NCBI GenBank assembly: GCA_964486045.1
Contig: CAZALK010000006.1
Location: forward strand, 32,001 to 96,000
Origin: an uncultured archaeon
GTDB taxonomy: Archaea > Asgardarchaeota > Lokiarchaeia > Sigyniarchaeales > SOKP01
Reading direction: 5' to 3'
DNA length: 64,000 nucleotides
Of the stretch, positions 20,261 to 31,407 are shown piece by piece. The notes beneath the pieces are model-generated. The model saw nothing but the letters and a program-made list of their open reading frames with translations, was not told the origin of the DNA and made no database searches. A program made the translations under genes and the position numbers. The first letter of the stretch is position 1. Every line of letters begins with the position of its first letter.

Positions 20261-20617
20261 AGAAATAGATTTTTTTAAAGTTTCTCACAATATTCAGATA
20301 AAAACACAATTAATGTCAATTCTTGAATTCTCTTTTGAAGGCAAATTACCTTTAATAATACAGAGAAATAGGATAATGTAACCAGATTTAATTAACCATA
20401 CCCTCTAGGTATCGCAAAATACATCTTTACAGCATTTATTTGTGTTTTTTACCTTTTACTAACTCAAGGTATATTTTTACATCCTCACCTTTCCATCATT
20501 TATTATTTAATACAGAAATGATTTATCGTGAGAGTTATTATTTTAATTCATAAAAAATAATTCAATAATCATCACTCTTTATTTTTAGAGAAAAAAATAA
20601 ATTTAATATATAAAACC

Positions 20618-21424
20618 TTGGTTGCGAACAAATTCTGGGATGTTGTTAGAAATTTTAATAGCTTAATGAACTCAGCAATAGAAGGTCCAGATTGTTTGAA
20701 TATTTGTCATGGGGATTGCTGTTCAATAAAGATTGACATTCCTAAACTATTAGCCGAAGAATACATACGAAAAGGATATGCATATAAAACTGATTTCATC
20801 AGAAGTAATGTTTTTAGCTTTAAATTAAGATTCGATGAGAAAAAAGCAAAATGTTTTTTATATGATAAAAACATTAATGGATGCCTTGTTCATAATTCTG
20901 GAATAAAACCTCCTCAATGCTGGATTTACCCTACAAACTTTTCAAATCCTAAAAATGTGAGAATAAGTTGTAAAAGAGCAAATGGCTGGAAAATTCTAGA
21001 TTCAAAGAAAACTAAGAAGGCTGAGGATTTATTACAATATTATGTCTTTTTGTGTAAACTTGAAGCAAAGAGTGAATTAGGATCTATTAAAAAAAGAATC
21101 TCCAGCAGTATTTTAGGAAAAGATTTGAAAAATTTAATGAAAAAAACATCTCCACACTTAATTGCTGGTTTTAAAGATACATGGGATAATATTACAATCC
21201 TTTCTGCTGAGGGGATTTCTCTGCAAATGACACAATTTTGTAAAAAAAACGATGTAGAATGTGAATTTTTGGAGTGTACGTCTGTATGCGATATGGTTTT
21301 CACCGAAGTCATCAAATATTTACAACAAAACTTAACTGACTACGTAATAAATTCTGATCTTGGTCCTGATGGTGATGGAGAGTATCCAATCATTAAACTA
21401 AAAGAAGTAGAAAAAGAGAAATAA
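20618..21424 (+). CDS. YkgJ-like cysteine-cluster (CxxxCxxxCC) protein
   Basis: CLNICHGDCC, CFLY...C.VH, KPPQCWIYP. Confidence 0.6.
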   Translation: MVANKFWDVVRNFNSLMNSAIEGPDCLNICHGDCCSIKIDIPKLLAEEYIRKGYAYKTDFIRSNVFSFKLRFDEKKAKCFLYDKNINGCLVHNSGIKPPQCWIYPTNFSNPKNVRISCKRANGWKILDSKKTKKAEDLLQYYVFLCKLEAKSELGSIKKRISSSILGKDLKNLMKKTSPHLIAGFKDTWDNITILSAEGISLQMTQFCKKNDVECEFLECTSVCDMVFTEVIKYLQQNLTDYVINSDLGPDGDGEYPIIKLKEVEKEK

Positions 21425-21534
21425 AAAAGAAAAAGGAAGTATTTTCTGGATAATACTTATTTTTAAGTAATATTATTGAAATAACATTTACATAACACAG
21501 AAAGAATATTAAAATTTAACAATAGTGAATGTAG

Positions 21535-21903
21535 ATGACATTTTTTGATAAGAATTTAACGGAATTAGCTAAAATTGTATTTTCCGAGAAGTATGAATTT
21601 GTTAAAGGTCCAGTGCAGTTTAAAGGGAAATCTGGAAAATCTTGGTCTTTTGATGCTATTGTAAAAAACAAACTGAATACTTTTGGGGTGTTTATAAGAG
21701 ATTGGAAAAGAGAGATTTCAATCACTCAATTACGCCAATTACATAAAGCATGTCTGGATACAAATATCCAAGGAGGCATAATGGTTTGTAACATCACAAC
21801 TGATTTTTCTCGCGATTATAGTTCTCAATTTGGAATTCAATTGCTTTCCAGAGGTCATTTAATTTCAACGTTAAAAAGAAGGCAATATCAAAACAATTTT
21901 TAA
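21535..21903 (+). CDS. Small Mrr_cat / restriction-endonuclease-like fold protein, probably inactive
   Basis: GKSG....FD.IV, GVFIRDW in place of ExK, GGIMV....T..S..Y....GI.L. Confidence 0.55.
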   Translation: MTFFDKNLTELAKIVFSEKYEFVKGPVQFKGKSGKSWSFDAIVKNKLNTFGVFIRDWKREISITQLRQLHKACLDTNIQGGIMVCNITTDFSRDYSSQFGIQLLSRGHLISTLKRRQYQNNF

Positions 21904-22119
21904 AGAACTGTTAGTTTATCTTCAAATCTATATTATTAGGTTTATTTAATCTGGGACATTGTCTTATTTTCCCTTCTTCATTTTACTTAAGAGAGAATTT
22001 TAACTACTAAACTACTTATTTTTAGGGATTTTCCAATCCTAACCATAAAAATTTTAAAAATTTATATGTATTGATTAAAATTATATAATTATAGAAAAAG
22101 AAATTCAAATGATAGAATA

Positions 22120-22413
22120 TTGATAATTGTATATCAATTCAATAATGATTTGGGAGAATTTGAAGGGATAAATATAGAAGAAAACATCCCGTTGTTCGAA
22201 TTGTTAGATTCGGATAAAATGTTGCTTTTTATAGATAAAACTAATAAAAAAGTGTGGTTATGGGAGGGTAAAAATACTTCTACTCGAATGAAGTTTATTT
22301 CTGCTCAAGAAGCACCTAAAATTCGAGATAAACATGATATGACTTTTACAATTAGTTCTGTAGATGATGGTGATGAAACAGTAGCTTTCAAAATAATAGT
22401 TGGTCTTTTATAA
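22120..22413 (+). CDS. Single-domain gelsolin-like protein (Asgard actin-regulator type)
   Basis: LDSDKMLLFID...KVWLWEGKN.S...KF.SA..A..IRD ... VDDGDET..F. Confidence 0.7.
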   Translation: MIIVYQFNNDLGEFEGINIEENIPLFELLDSDKMLLFIDKTNKKVWLWEGKNTSTRMKFISAQEAPKIRDKHDMTFTISSVDDGDETVAFKIIVGLL

Positions 22414-22556
22414 TTTAAGTCTACATTATCGGTTAATATAAATATATTTATGTCATAAGAAAGTAAATTTTCTAAAAATTTTTTCTAATTATTTTCATTA
22501 TATTCAATGTTAATTTATAGATTTATTTTAGAGAACAAACTATTTGGTATGAAACC

Positions 22557-24713
22557 TTGAATGAAAGAAAAAAGGATTCTGAAGAGGAATATGTATTCGA
22601 ATTTTATGATGAAGAATACAACAATACTTTAGAAGAAGAAGTTCCAGCTGCTCTAGAAGATTACAATGAAATAAACTTTAGTGAAGATTTAAATAAAGAA
22701 CAGCTTGAAATAATTGATAATATTAGAGGGCCAATGTTAGTTATTGCTGGTGCAGGAAGCGGAAAAACAAGGACAATTACTTTTTCAGTAGCAAAACTCT
22801 TGTTATCTCAGGTTAAACCAAGTGAAATTATGCTCGTAACATTTACTAATAAAGCAGCTAATGAAATGATCAAAAGGGTGGAAAATCTTTTAGGTAAGCG
22901 TCCAAAAGGTATTTGGGCCGGGACATTTCATTCAATTGCCAATCGTTTTATTCGAAGATATGCAAAAATCCTAGGTTTGAAAACAAATTATACTATAATG
23001 GATGAAACCGATTCAAGAGCTTTAATGAAGCTTTCAATTGAAAGAGCTAATGTAAAAGAAATCGAAGAACGCTTTCCTAATGCTAGAATGACCAAAGCAA
23101 TCTTATCCTTTTCAATAAATTGTCATAAATCGATTCGAGAAATCATTCTTTGGAAATACTCTCAATTTAACAGTGAAAATGTGTTAAAGAAATTAGAAGA
23201 AGTTCACAAGATTTATGGAGAGAAAAAAGCTAAAGATAATTTAGTTGACTTTGATGACTTATTAATTTATTGGAACCGTTTATTAGATGAGAGATCAGTT
23301 GCTCAGTTAATAGCAAGGAATATAAAATATGTACTTGTTGATGAATATCAAGATACAAATTATATCCAAGATGAAATTATATATAAGATTGTAAAACAAA
23401 ACCCAGATCATAATGTCATTGCGGTAGGAGATGACGCTCAGAGTATATATGCATTTCGTGGTGCGAATTTTCAAAACATCCTGAATTTTGAAAAAAGATA
23501 TCAGCATTGTAAGAAATATACAATAACTTATAATTATAGAAGCGTTCCACAAGTTCTAGGTCTAGCCAATAACTCGATCCAACATAATGTGAAGCAATTC
23601 AAAAAAACTATGCAAACAACTCGTCCTAGTGGGATATTACCATATCAAGTTAATGTTGGAGACGATAAAGACCAAGCCAATTTTATTGCAAACCAAATTT
23701 TGAAATTACGTTCAGAAGGATATGACTTAGAAGATATGGCAGTTCTTGTTCGGGCAGGATTTCATTCACTACGAATTGAACTTGAATTAAGAGCTAAAAA
23801 TATACCCTACGAAGTACGAGCAGGGGTGGCATTTTTTGAAAAGGCACATATTAAGGATATGATTGCTCATTTACGTATTATAGAAAACCCTTATGATGAA
23901 ATTTCATGGTCTCGAATTTTCACTATAATTCAAGGTATAGGAACCTCATCGGGAACAAAAATATTTGAAGAAATTTCCAGAGTTGAAAATCCAATAGATC
24001 TATTAATAAATAAGCTGTTCTATGCAGAAAAATTAAAAGGATCTAGGATCTCAAAGGAAGGCATAAAAAATACAATATCCTATGCAAAGAAGTTGGTAGG
24101 GTTTAACCCAAACGATATCCCCTCTGAGACCATAAAAAAACTTATGAAAGTGTTGGAGGATCATATCAAGTCAAAATATGATAACTGTCAGGATAGAATT
24201 GATGATCTTAATCAATTAAGTATATTTGCTGGTAATTTTCAAACTATTCGTAAGCTGCTTGAAAATCTGAGTTTAAATAAATCCAATTTAGAATCGAAAA
24301 CTGTTTTAATGGGTAGTCAACAAGATGAAGAAAAACCTATGATCCTATCTACTATTCACCGCGCAAAAGGTCTTGAATGGAGAGTTGTTTTTATCCCGAT
24401 GCTATGTGAAGATTTCTTTCCTTCTTCAAGAGTTAAAGGGGATTCTGAAGGAATTGAGGAAGAACGTCGTGTATTCTATGTAGCCGTAACCAGAACTAAA
24501 GATCAACTCTATTTGATATCTCCCTCTTTAATTCAAGGATCTAGAGGATATCAGACTATGCGAATTTCCCCTTTTATTACAGAATTGAATCCAAAAGTCT
24601 ATAAGAAGTCATCAGTACAGATTAGATCCAAGACAAGAGATATGATAAAGGGGTCAAGTAAGCATCAAAAATCTCTATTTCAAACAGCTGATGAATTATT
24701 AAAAGAGGATTAA
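22557..24713 (+). CDS. uvrD: UvrD/PcrA-family SF1A DNA helicase
   Basis: AGAGSGKT, TFTNKAA, GTFHS, VDEYQD, VGDDAQSIYAFRGA, NYRS, TIHRAKGLE, EERRVFYVAVTR. Confidence 0.92.
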   Translation: MNERKKDSEEEYVFEFYDEEYNNTLEEEVPAALEDYNEINFSEDLNKEQLEIIDNIRGPMLVIAGAGSGKTRTITFSVAKLLLSQVKPSEIMLVTFTNKAANEMIKRVENLLGKRPKGIWAGTFHSIANRFIRRYAKILGLKTNYTIMDETDSRALMKLSIERANVKEIEERFPNARMTKAILSFSINCHKSIREIILWKYSQFNSENVLKKLEEVHKIYGEKKAKDNLVDFDDLLIYWNRLLDERSVAQLIARNIKYVLVDEYQDTNYIQDEIIYKIVKQNPDHNVIAVGDDAQSIYAFRGANFQNILNFEKRYQHCKKYTITYNYRSVPQVLGLANNSIQHNVKQFKKTMQTTRPSGILPYQVNVGDDKDQANFIANQILKLRSEGYDLEDMAVLVRAGFHSLRIELELRAKNIPYEVRAGVAFFEKAHIKDMIAHLRIIENPYDEISWSRIFTIIQGIGTSSGTKIFEEISRVENPIDLLINKLFYAEKLKGSRISKEGIKNTISYAKKLVGFNPNDIPSETIKKLMKVLEDHIKSKYDNCQDRIDDLNQLSIFAGNFQTIRKLLENLSLNKSNLESKTVLMGSQQDEEKPMILSTIHRAKGLEWRVVFIPMLCEDFFPSSRVKGDSEGIEEERRVFYVAVTRTKDQLYLISPSLIQGSRGYQTMRISPFITELNPKVYKKSSVQIRSKTRDMIKGSSKHQKSLFQTADELLKED

Positions 24714-24866
24714 CTAAAAGACTTATGAAGTTAAGATGGTTATTCAATTCAATATTAAGATTCATGTTAATTTTGCCATAACACAAATTATAAAAATCCT
24801 TAATGAGATATTTCGAGGCGGTTATTTCCCAATTTTTAATTAAGTTTTTTCACTTCGGTTTATGAC

Positions 24867-25067
24867 CTACATACCATTCTTCTCTCGAATTTCATTCTCA
24901 GAATATTTAATATCGCAAGATTTGCAATAATAGTCCCAATCTGTATTAGCTTTCAGTAAATTTCCACAATTAGGACATTGAATATAAATTTTGAAGTATT
25001 TGAAGTTTAAATTTAAAGAATCAATACGCTTTTTATTAGTGTTTATGTTGTTTGATTTAATACCCAT
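24867..25067 (-). CDS. Small zinc-ribbon protein
   Basis: CPNCG ... YCKSC. Confidence 0.5.
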   Translation of the reverse strand: MGIKSNNINTNKKRIDSLNLNFKYFKIYIQCPNCGNLLKANTDWDYYCKSCDIKYSENEIREKNGM

Positions 25068-25403
25068 TTTTTATCAAATTCACCTTTTTTATTTTTTTTT
25101 TTTAGTTTAATTTTTTGATTGAATCATTCTTTTTTTCTAAATATTTAAAAGAAAATATTACTCAGATAGGAGGGGCCTCAGAAATGAAGAAATTTTTCAA
25201 AAAAATTTTGAATTGTTTTTTGTATCTTTATTTTAATTTTTTTTTAAAAGTAGAAAAAGTAAAAGGATCTTAAAACTTAAAATTAAATTAATAATCAGTC
25301 TGAGCCTTAAAATTTTAAATATTAAAAGACTATTTTAGATTTACAGAGGTTTATTTTATAATTCGGATAAAAGTTTCCAACTCAAAAGATAAAATTTGAA
25401 ACT

Positions 25404-28400
25404 ATGGGCAATAATAATTTTAATAAGCAACTTTTAACTCGATATACAGAATCGGAGTGTAAACGACAGTTGTTTTTGATCTTGGGGCAAGGTAGACCAG
25501 ATTTATGGTATAAGGATAATCGACCTATAGAGAGTATAAGACATAAACGCCTTCCAACTGATCTACTCGAACGTTTAGGTCAAATATTTGAGCAAAAAGT
25601 ATATTCCCATCTTATACGGTATAATGGAGCCAAATATAATGTTGAACAAAATGGTAAAGTAGGTGAAACCTATTTAAATCCACAAATATTTGAACAATTT
25701 TATGATGAATTAAAAAATGACACGAACTTAGAAGACCTAATGCTACTAGAATTTCAATATGAAACTCCAGAATATTTTGTCAAGAATATTTTCCCCCCCA
25801 AAAATAACTTGAATGAAATACCGGTTAATTATGGAGAACAAAGACCTGATATTATTATTATCGGAAATTCTTTTAATAAAAAAAAGAAAAAAGTGTTAGA
25901 ATTACTTTCTAATGGAACAATTCGAGAAGTACCAAAGAGTGAACAGGGTATTCGGTTTGGAATTTCAATTATTGATGTGAAAAATACTAGAGAAGACCAT
26001 ATTGGAAAAAAGCAATTTATTGAGATATTGTTCTATCTTTGGACTATGGCTTCTTATTTAATAGAAAAAAGTTTGAATGATAAGTTTTTTGTCCGTATGG
26101 ATTTTAATGGTATTTTTCCTCAATATAGTGAGGAAAATTTAAAAAAACTCCTTACTTTAGATGATCTTCTGGATTTAACAATTCAATTACATTGGGACCA
26201 GATCCATCAAGTTTTCCTTAATATTATTCAAAAAATTAAAAGACTATGGAAAAAAGCTCCTCTCCCTATAGAATCGATACCAGTAAATATCCAAGCATCT
26301 TGTGGATTTTGCTATTTTATTGAAGATTGTAAAAAAACGTTAGGAATAGATCGCGCGCCCTCAGATTGGTCATTACAATTAATTCCATATACATCATTCT
26401 CTATCTCTCAACAATTACTAGACTTAGGATTTGAAACTATTGGAGATGTTTTTACAAATATTGATTCAGTAACGGTTGGAAATACTCCTGAACCTCTTTA
26501 TGCGGAATTACCTCTATTGAAATTAAAAGCATTAGCTCTGATTAATAACCAAGTAGTGATCCCTCAACCAGGAGAGATACATACATATTCTATTCCAAGA
26601 TTTACAACTATTTCTATAACTTTCGCGGTAGAAAAAGATCCCTCAAATGAGAGAGTGTACGCAGCTGGATTCTATGTTGATATGATTGCTTCTGGAAAAA
26701 TCCCTTTTGGGGGTGTTTTCAATAACTGGTGGAAGATATGGAAAGATGCGCTTAAGTTTAACAAGGAACCTAAAGATATTCAAGCTGAATTAAATAAAAA
26801 TCTTATCAGATCTATACCTCTTGTAGTAGTTGAGCAGTTTTTATATCTTCTAAATAAACTAAAAACCATAATTATCTATTTGAAAGGAGATAAAACCACC
26901 GCTGGTACACCGAGAAAAAATACTGAAATAATATATCAATTTGCAATTATCAACAGATGCCATACTAATGAAGAAGAAATAAAGTTTACAAGGCATATTA
27001 TTAAACAGCTCTATTTGATATTTGAGTTATGTAATGTTGTAGAAAATTATGTAGTGACCGATGGATATAAAGCGGGAACTTATTATGGCCCTACAACTAG
27101 CCTATTTTATTGGTCCAAAAGGCAACTGGACAATTTTCAGTCTATGTTGGAGCGAAACCTTAATAGTATCATTGATGATATTGATGTATGGAGGAAATAT
27201 TTAGCAATTATCTCTTATTTTACACCATCAGACTCAGAAGTTGCTCATCCTTATCAACACAAAAAACTTTTCAATGTTCAAGATTTTGCTGAGACAATTC
27301 TTGGATTTCCAAGTATTATTAACTACACGTGGCATGAAATCGCTAAAATTACTCAGGGAACAAATAGCAGTAAAAAGTATTGGATACAGCATTTTAATTA
27401 CATGGATTTTAATAATTGGTATGTAATGCTTGTTGAAGATGATGATTCTAAGCAGAAAACTATCCGTTTAGAACTACGTAAACAAGTGATGCATAAAATC
27501 CGTACTATTAACAAACTACGAAAGGCTTTCCAAATAGAGAGTAGGTTTAATATATCGAAGAATGCGCATGTGATCAGTAAAGAACAAATTCGAAGAGCAG
27601 TTTTATCTTCTGAGTATCATTCAATCGCACAAGTCTGGTATCTCTTTTCAAAACTGACAGGCTCAATAGAGGAAATGGATAAAGAATATCTCCGTACTAT
27701 TTATCCCGAATTCAGTATTGCCAAATTGGTAGCAGCAAAAATTACTAATTTAGTAGTACAGAAAAGTGGAACCAAAGTTTATTATGAATTTCAAATGAAA
27801 GGACTTTCTAGTAATATGAAAGTTCGACCTAACGACAGAGTTTTACTTATTCCCAATGAAAAACGAGATATGAATGCTAATCGTAGAAACGAATCTTGGA
27901 AAGTAGCTATCGAAACTATGGAGTACTTGTCTCAAATCAATGGATATAATGTAAAGACTAAAGAAACAAATACTAATTTATTTGATTTAATCAAAAAGGA
28001 TAAAGAAATTTCTGAGAGTCCAGAAGATTTAGATTGGTATTTGTATCCCACATATATAGATGCATGGTCAAAGAAACTATACGGAGAAAAAGGATTACTA
28101 CAAAGACATAATATGGGGAGATCCTGGCTTGGCTCTCTGCTTTCCTATATGTGGAAAATCAGATCCAAACAAGAATTATTTTGGCCAGAAGAATGGACTT
28201 TTAGTGCGCCCTCAGTCTATTTATATGCACCAAATCTCCTTTTAAATATGGCAAGCAAAACTAAAGAAACCTATGATAAATTGCTAACTCAAATAGACCC
28301 TACTCCTGATCCTTCTCAAAAGAGAGCTATTCAGTTAGCTTTAGAAAAAGTTATTTCTGGTATACAAGGTCCTCCCGGTACTGGTAAATCTCAAACTATC

Positions 28401-29888
28401 GCTGCTTTAATTGATGAATATTATATAAGAAGAGTAAATAGCGGTAAAAAATCTGTTAAAATTCTAATAACAGCGTTTTCTTATGCTGCGATACGAGTCC
28501 TCGTCAAGAAAATTAGAGAAGGGAAAGATAAAAACGGTAAACCTAATCCCTCTTCTAAAATTCAAATGATTTTTCTTCGCTCAATTTATCAAAAACCTAT
28601 ACCTTCTCGACCCGGAAGTAGAAATGTGGATGATTTAGTTAAAAGTGGGGCCACATGGAAATTAAATGGACAATCTAGGACAGTTACTGAAACAATGCCA
28701 TTAGAGGAATCTTTAGAATCAAGTTATATAATATTTGCTAATGCACATCAGCTTTATCATCTACCTGAACGGGTTGAAGAAGATGAATTTTCTTTTAATC
28801 TTATATGTGTTGATGAAGCAAGTCAACTCCCAGTAGATAATTTTATGTCTAGTCTTCAATTTGTTGACAAACATAACTTCGTAATTAAATCTAAATTTTC
28901 CGGTTCCCCAAAAACAAAGATTACAGACATCAATCAAGTAAAACAATTATCTATTGAAAATAAAATTGATCCAAAGAATCTTACCAAAATCGTAATCGTG
29001 GGCGACTTTAATCAGCTTCCCCCAGTTCAACCAGTTCCGCCACCCAAAAACCTAGAAAGTATTTTAAAAAGTTTATTTGTGTATTATGTAAAAAATCATG
29101 AAGTTCCGAATTCGCAACTTCAAATAAATTATCGAAGTCATAAGGATATAGTAGAGTTCACTTCCCTCTTAGGTTTTTATAAAAATTTAAAACCAGATCC
29201 TAATAATATGGATAGATTATTACAAGGGGAAATTAAAAACGTTGAGGAAAGCTGGATTCAAGAGATCCTCACACCCCAAAAAGTTGTTTCATGCATTATA
29301 CACAACAAAAAGTTTGAAATCGGTGTTAGCGCACTAGAAGCTTTTCTTGCAGTAAAAATTATATTAGGCTATTTTAAAATGGTACGACCTAATTCAAAAG
29401 TTCAAGAACGCGTATTTTGGAGAGAAACTGTTGGCGTTGTAGCCCCCCATAATGCACAAGGACGCTTGATAATAAGACAACTATATGATAAACTCATAGA
29501 TCCATCAAAGCCATTAACGTCTCTTAATCATTCTGAGTTAATGAATCTCCTGATTAATACAATTTATTCTGTTGAAAAATTTCAAGGGTCTGATAGAGAA
29601 CTCATTATCTCATCAATTGGGATTTCTGATAAGGATCAGCTTAATTCTGAGAGTGAATTTATATATAATATAAATCGGTTCAATGTTCTTACTTCAAGGG
29701 CAAAAAGTAAGATAATATTGATAGCAAGTAAGAGATTCTTCAATTTCATACCCAAAGAAAGGAATATCATGGAAGAAGCTGCACATATCCGTAATTATGC
29801 ACTAAATTATTGTAATAAATCTGAAAAACTTCACATTAAAGATGAGAAAAATTTAGATGAGTTAGTTGAATTTAGATATAAAGATTAA
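25404..29888 (+). CDS. Dna2/TM0106-like Fe-S PD-(D/E)xK nuclease fused to a Upf1/Dna2-type SF1B helicase
   Basis: N-terminal ESEC plus CGFCYFIEDC (C...CxxCx5C), RPDII ... IIDVK ... EILFY. Helicase motifs GPPGTGKS, VDEASQ, VGDFNQLPP, NYRSH, APHNAQ, VEKFQG.DRE, RFNVLTSRAK. Confidence 0.85.
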   Translation: MGNNNFNKQLLTRYTESECKRQLFLILGQGRPDLWYKDNRPIESIRHKRLPTDLLERLGQIFEQKVYSHLIRYNGAKYNVEQNGKVGETYLNPQIFEQFYDELKNDTNLEDLMLLEFQYETPEYFVKNIFPPKNNLNEIPVNYGEQRPDIIIIGNSFNKKKKKVLELLSNGTIREVPKSEQGIRFGISIIDVKNTREDHIGKKQFIEILFYLWTMASYLIEKSLNDKFFVRMDFNGIFPQYSEENLKKLLTLDDLLDLTIQLHWDQIHQVFLNIIQKIKRLWKKAPLPIESIPVNIQASCGFCYFIEDCKKTLGIDRAPSDWSLQLIPYTSFSISQQLLDLGFETIGDVFTNIDSVTVGNTPEPLYAELPLLKLKALALINNQVVIPQPGEIHTYSIPRFTTISITFAVEKDPSNERVYAAGFYVDMIASGKIPFGGVFNNWWKIWKDALKFNKEPKDIQAELNKNLIRSIPLVVVEQFLYLLNKLKTIIIYLKGDKTTAGTPRKNTEIIYQFAIINRCHTNEEEIKFTRHIIKQLYLIFELCNVVENYVVTDGYKAGTYYGPTTSLFYWSKRQLDNFQSMLERNLNSIIDDIDVWRKYLAIISYFTPSDSEVAHPYQHKKLFNVQDFAETILGFPSIINYTWHEIAKITQGTNSSKKYWIQHFNYMDFNNWYVMLVEDDDSKQKTIRLELRKQVMHKIRTINKLRKAFQIESRFNISKNAHVISKEQIRRAVLSSEYHSIAQVWYLFSKLTGSIEEMDKEYLRTIYPEFSIAKLVAAKITNLVVQKSGTKVYYEFQMKGLSSNMKVRPNDRVLLIPNEKRDMNANRRNESWKVAIETMEYLSQINGYNVKTKETNTNLFDLIKKDKEISESPEDLDWYLYPTYIDAWSKKLYGEKGLLQRHNMGRSWLGSLLSYMWKIRSKQELFWPEEWTFSAPSVYLYAPNLLLNMASKTKETYDKLLTQIDPTPDPSQKRAIQLALEKVISGIQGPPGTGKSQTIAALIDEYYIRRVNSGKKSVKILITAFSYAAIRVLVKKIREGKDKNGKPNPSSKIQMIFLRSIYQKPIPSRPGSRNVDDLVKSGATWKLNGQSRTVTETMPLEESLESSYIIFANAHQLYHLPERVEEDEFSFNLICVDEASQLPVDNFMSSLQFVDKHNFVIKSKFSGSPKTKITDINQVKQLSIENKIDPKNLTKIVIVGDFNQLPPVQPVPPPKNLESILKSLFVYYVKNHEVPNSQLQINYRSHKDIVEFTSLLGFYKNLKPDPNNMDRLLQGEIKNVEESWIQEILTPQKVVSCIIHNKKFEIGVSALEAFLAVKIILGYFKMVRPNSKVQERVFWRETVGVVAPHNAQGRLIIRQLYDKLIDPSKPLTSLNHSELMNLLINTIYSVEKFQGSDRELIISSIGISDKDQLNSESEFIYNINRFNVLTSRAKSKIILIASKRFFNFIPKERNIMEEAAHIRNYALNYCNKSEKLHIKDEKNLDELVEFRYKD

Positions 29889-29906
29889 AAGTAAAGAAGA
29901 TATAAT

Positions 29907-31406
29907 ATGAATGCAAAATTTGTCCATATTGCTGATCTTCATCTCGGAAAAAGGCAATATAATAATAATGAGCGATATCTAGATTACTTTCGGGCTTTTA
30001 AATGGATTCTAAAATTTGCAATTCAAGAAAGGGTTGATTTTATCTTAATTGCGGGAGATTTATTTGATAACCGTAAGATAAGTCCGAATGTTTTGACTGA
30101 AGTTTTCTATATTATTCGAAATTTTAAAAACAAGTCACAAGAAGAGCTTAATCGTGAGATCCCATTAATCTGCATTGAGGGAAATCATGACACTCCTATT
30201 TATTCTACTCAATCTTGGATGACATTTTTAGCAGATTTAGATCTAATTATTCTCTTATCTGGAGATTATGATAAAAACAGGAAGATTATCAGTTTTGAAC
30301 CCTATGATGCTAAAACTCGCCGGGGCGGAATGATACAGATAAAAAATGTCAAAATCTATGGAGTTTCTTTTTATGGAAGCTCTACAATTCATCTATTCCA
30401 ACCGATTATTGAAGCGATTAAGGAAGATACCCCCAAGTTAAATATTTTAATGATGCATTTTGGAGTAGTAGGCCAAGATTCGTCTAAACCAGGTATTGAA
30501 TTTTCTGAGCCTTTTAAAAATTTGCATACCAAAGTTGATTATTTAGCTTTAGGTCATTACCATAAGCTGTATCAACTTCCTCGTAAAAATCCATGGATTT
30601 ATAATCCTGGATCCCTAGAAATTACAGATATTAGGGAAGCATTTGATTATTTTGAGAAGGATGCTAAAAGAGGAGCAATTCTTATATCTAGTGATGAAAA
30701 AATATATCAGAGTAAGACTATAATATGCGAGAATGGTGCTACCGATCTAAATTTGATACCGAATCGTAAATTCTTACGGGTTAGTCCTATTAATATCGGA
30801 GAAACTACATCATTTGATGAATTAATAAAACTTGTGATGGATACAATTAAAAGGTGGGGAACTCCAACAAAAAATTCTCCGATGGCTTCTGCTCCAAACG
30901 ATCTAAATTGTCCCATTCTTTTCTTTAACATTGAGGGTGAGGTTAATTATTCTCGTTTAGAAGTAAATATAAATCAACTTCGACATGAAATCTTGAATGA
31001 ATTTGCTCTTCTTGAAGTTAGGATCTTCTCCCCATATCTAATTTCCAGCTTAGATAATATAAAAATACCTCAAGGAAAAAAAACTATAGATGAAATAGAA
31101 TTTGAAATTTTTTCTGCCATGGTAAAAGAAAACTCAATGTTCGAGCATGTTGAAGAAGAAGTAGTAGATTTAATGAAAAATTTAAAGAGGGAATTATTAG
31201 TTGGTAAACCTAATTATTCCGCTTTAAAAGAACTTATCAAAGAATGGTGCCTGCATAATGCTGGTGAATTTAAAATCCAGGATAAATTATTTCAATCAGA
31301 ACAAGATGAAACACCTGAAGTAGAGAAAATTGTGGAAAGTGATGATGATGGAGATTTAGATCTCGATGATTATATTGATAATATTGAAGAAGAAGGGATA
31401 GATTAG
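29907..31406 (+). CDS. mre11: Mre11/SbcD-family nuclease
   Basis: ADLHLG, AGDLFD, EGNHD, ALGHYH, NPGSLE; acidic tail. Confidence 0.88.
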   Translation: MNAKFVHIADLHLGKRQYNNNERYLDYFRAFKWILKFAIQERVDFILIAGDLFDNRKISPNVLTEVFYIIRNFKNKSQEELNREIPLICIEGNHDTPIYSTQSWMTFLADLDLIILLSGDYDKNRKIISFEPYDAKTRRGGMIQIKNVKIYGVSFYGSSTIHLFQPIIEAIKEDTPKLNILMMHFGVVGQDSSKPGIEFSEPFKNLHTKVDYLALGHYHKLYQLPRKNPWIYNPGSLEITDIREAFDYFEKDAKRGAILISSDEKIYQSKTIICENGATDLNLIPNRKFLRVSPINIGETTSFDELIKLVMDTIKRWGTPTKNSPMASAPNDLNCPILFFNIEGEVNYSRLEVNINQLRHEILNEFALLEVRIFSPYLISSLDNIKIPQGKKTIDEIEFEIFSAMVKENSMFEHVEEEVVDLMKNLKRELLVGKPNYSALKELIKEWCLHNAGEFKIQDKLFQSEQDETPEVEKIVESDDDGDLDLDDYIDNIEEEGID

Positions 31407-31407
31407 A

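Noticed and set aside
25068-25260. Long T-runs as a repeat element
   Set aside because: Poly-T and poly-A tracts occur throughout the intergenic DNA here and are consistent with ordinary archaeal terminators or AT bias.
25404-26400. Cas4 / CRISPR locus suggested by the four-Cys PD-(D/E)xK domain
   Set aside because: The domain is fused to an SF1B helicase, and no cas1/cas2 or repeat-spacer array was seen in the window.
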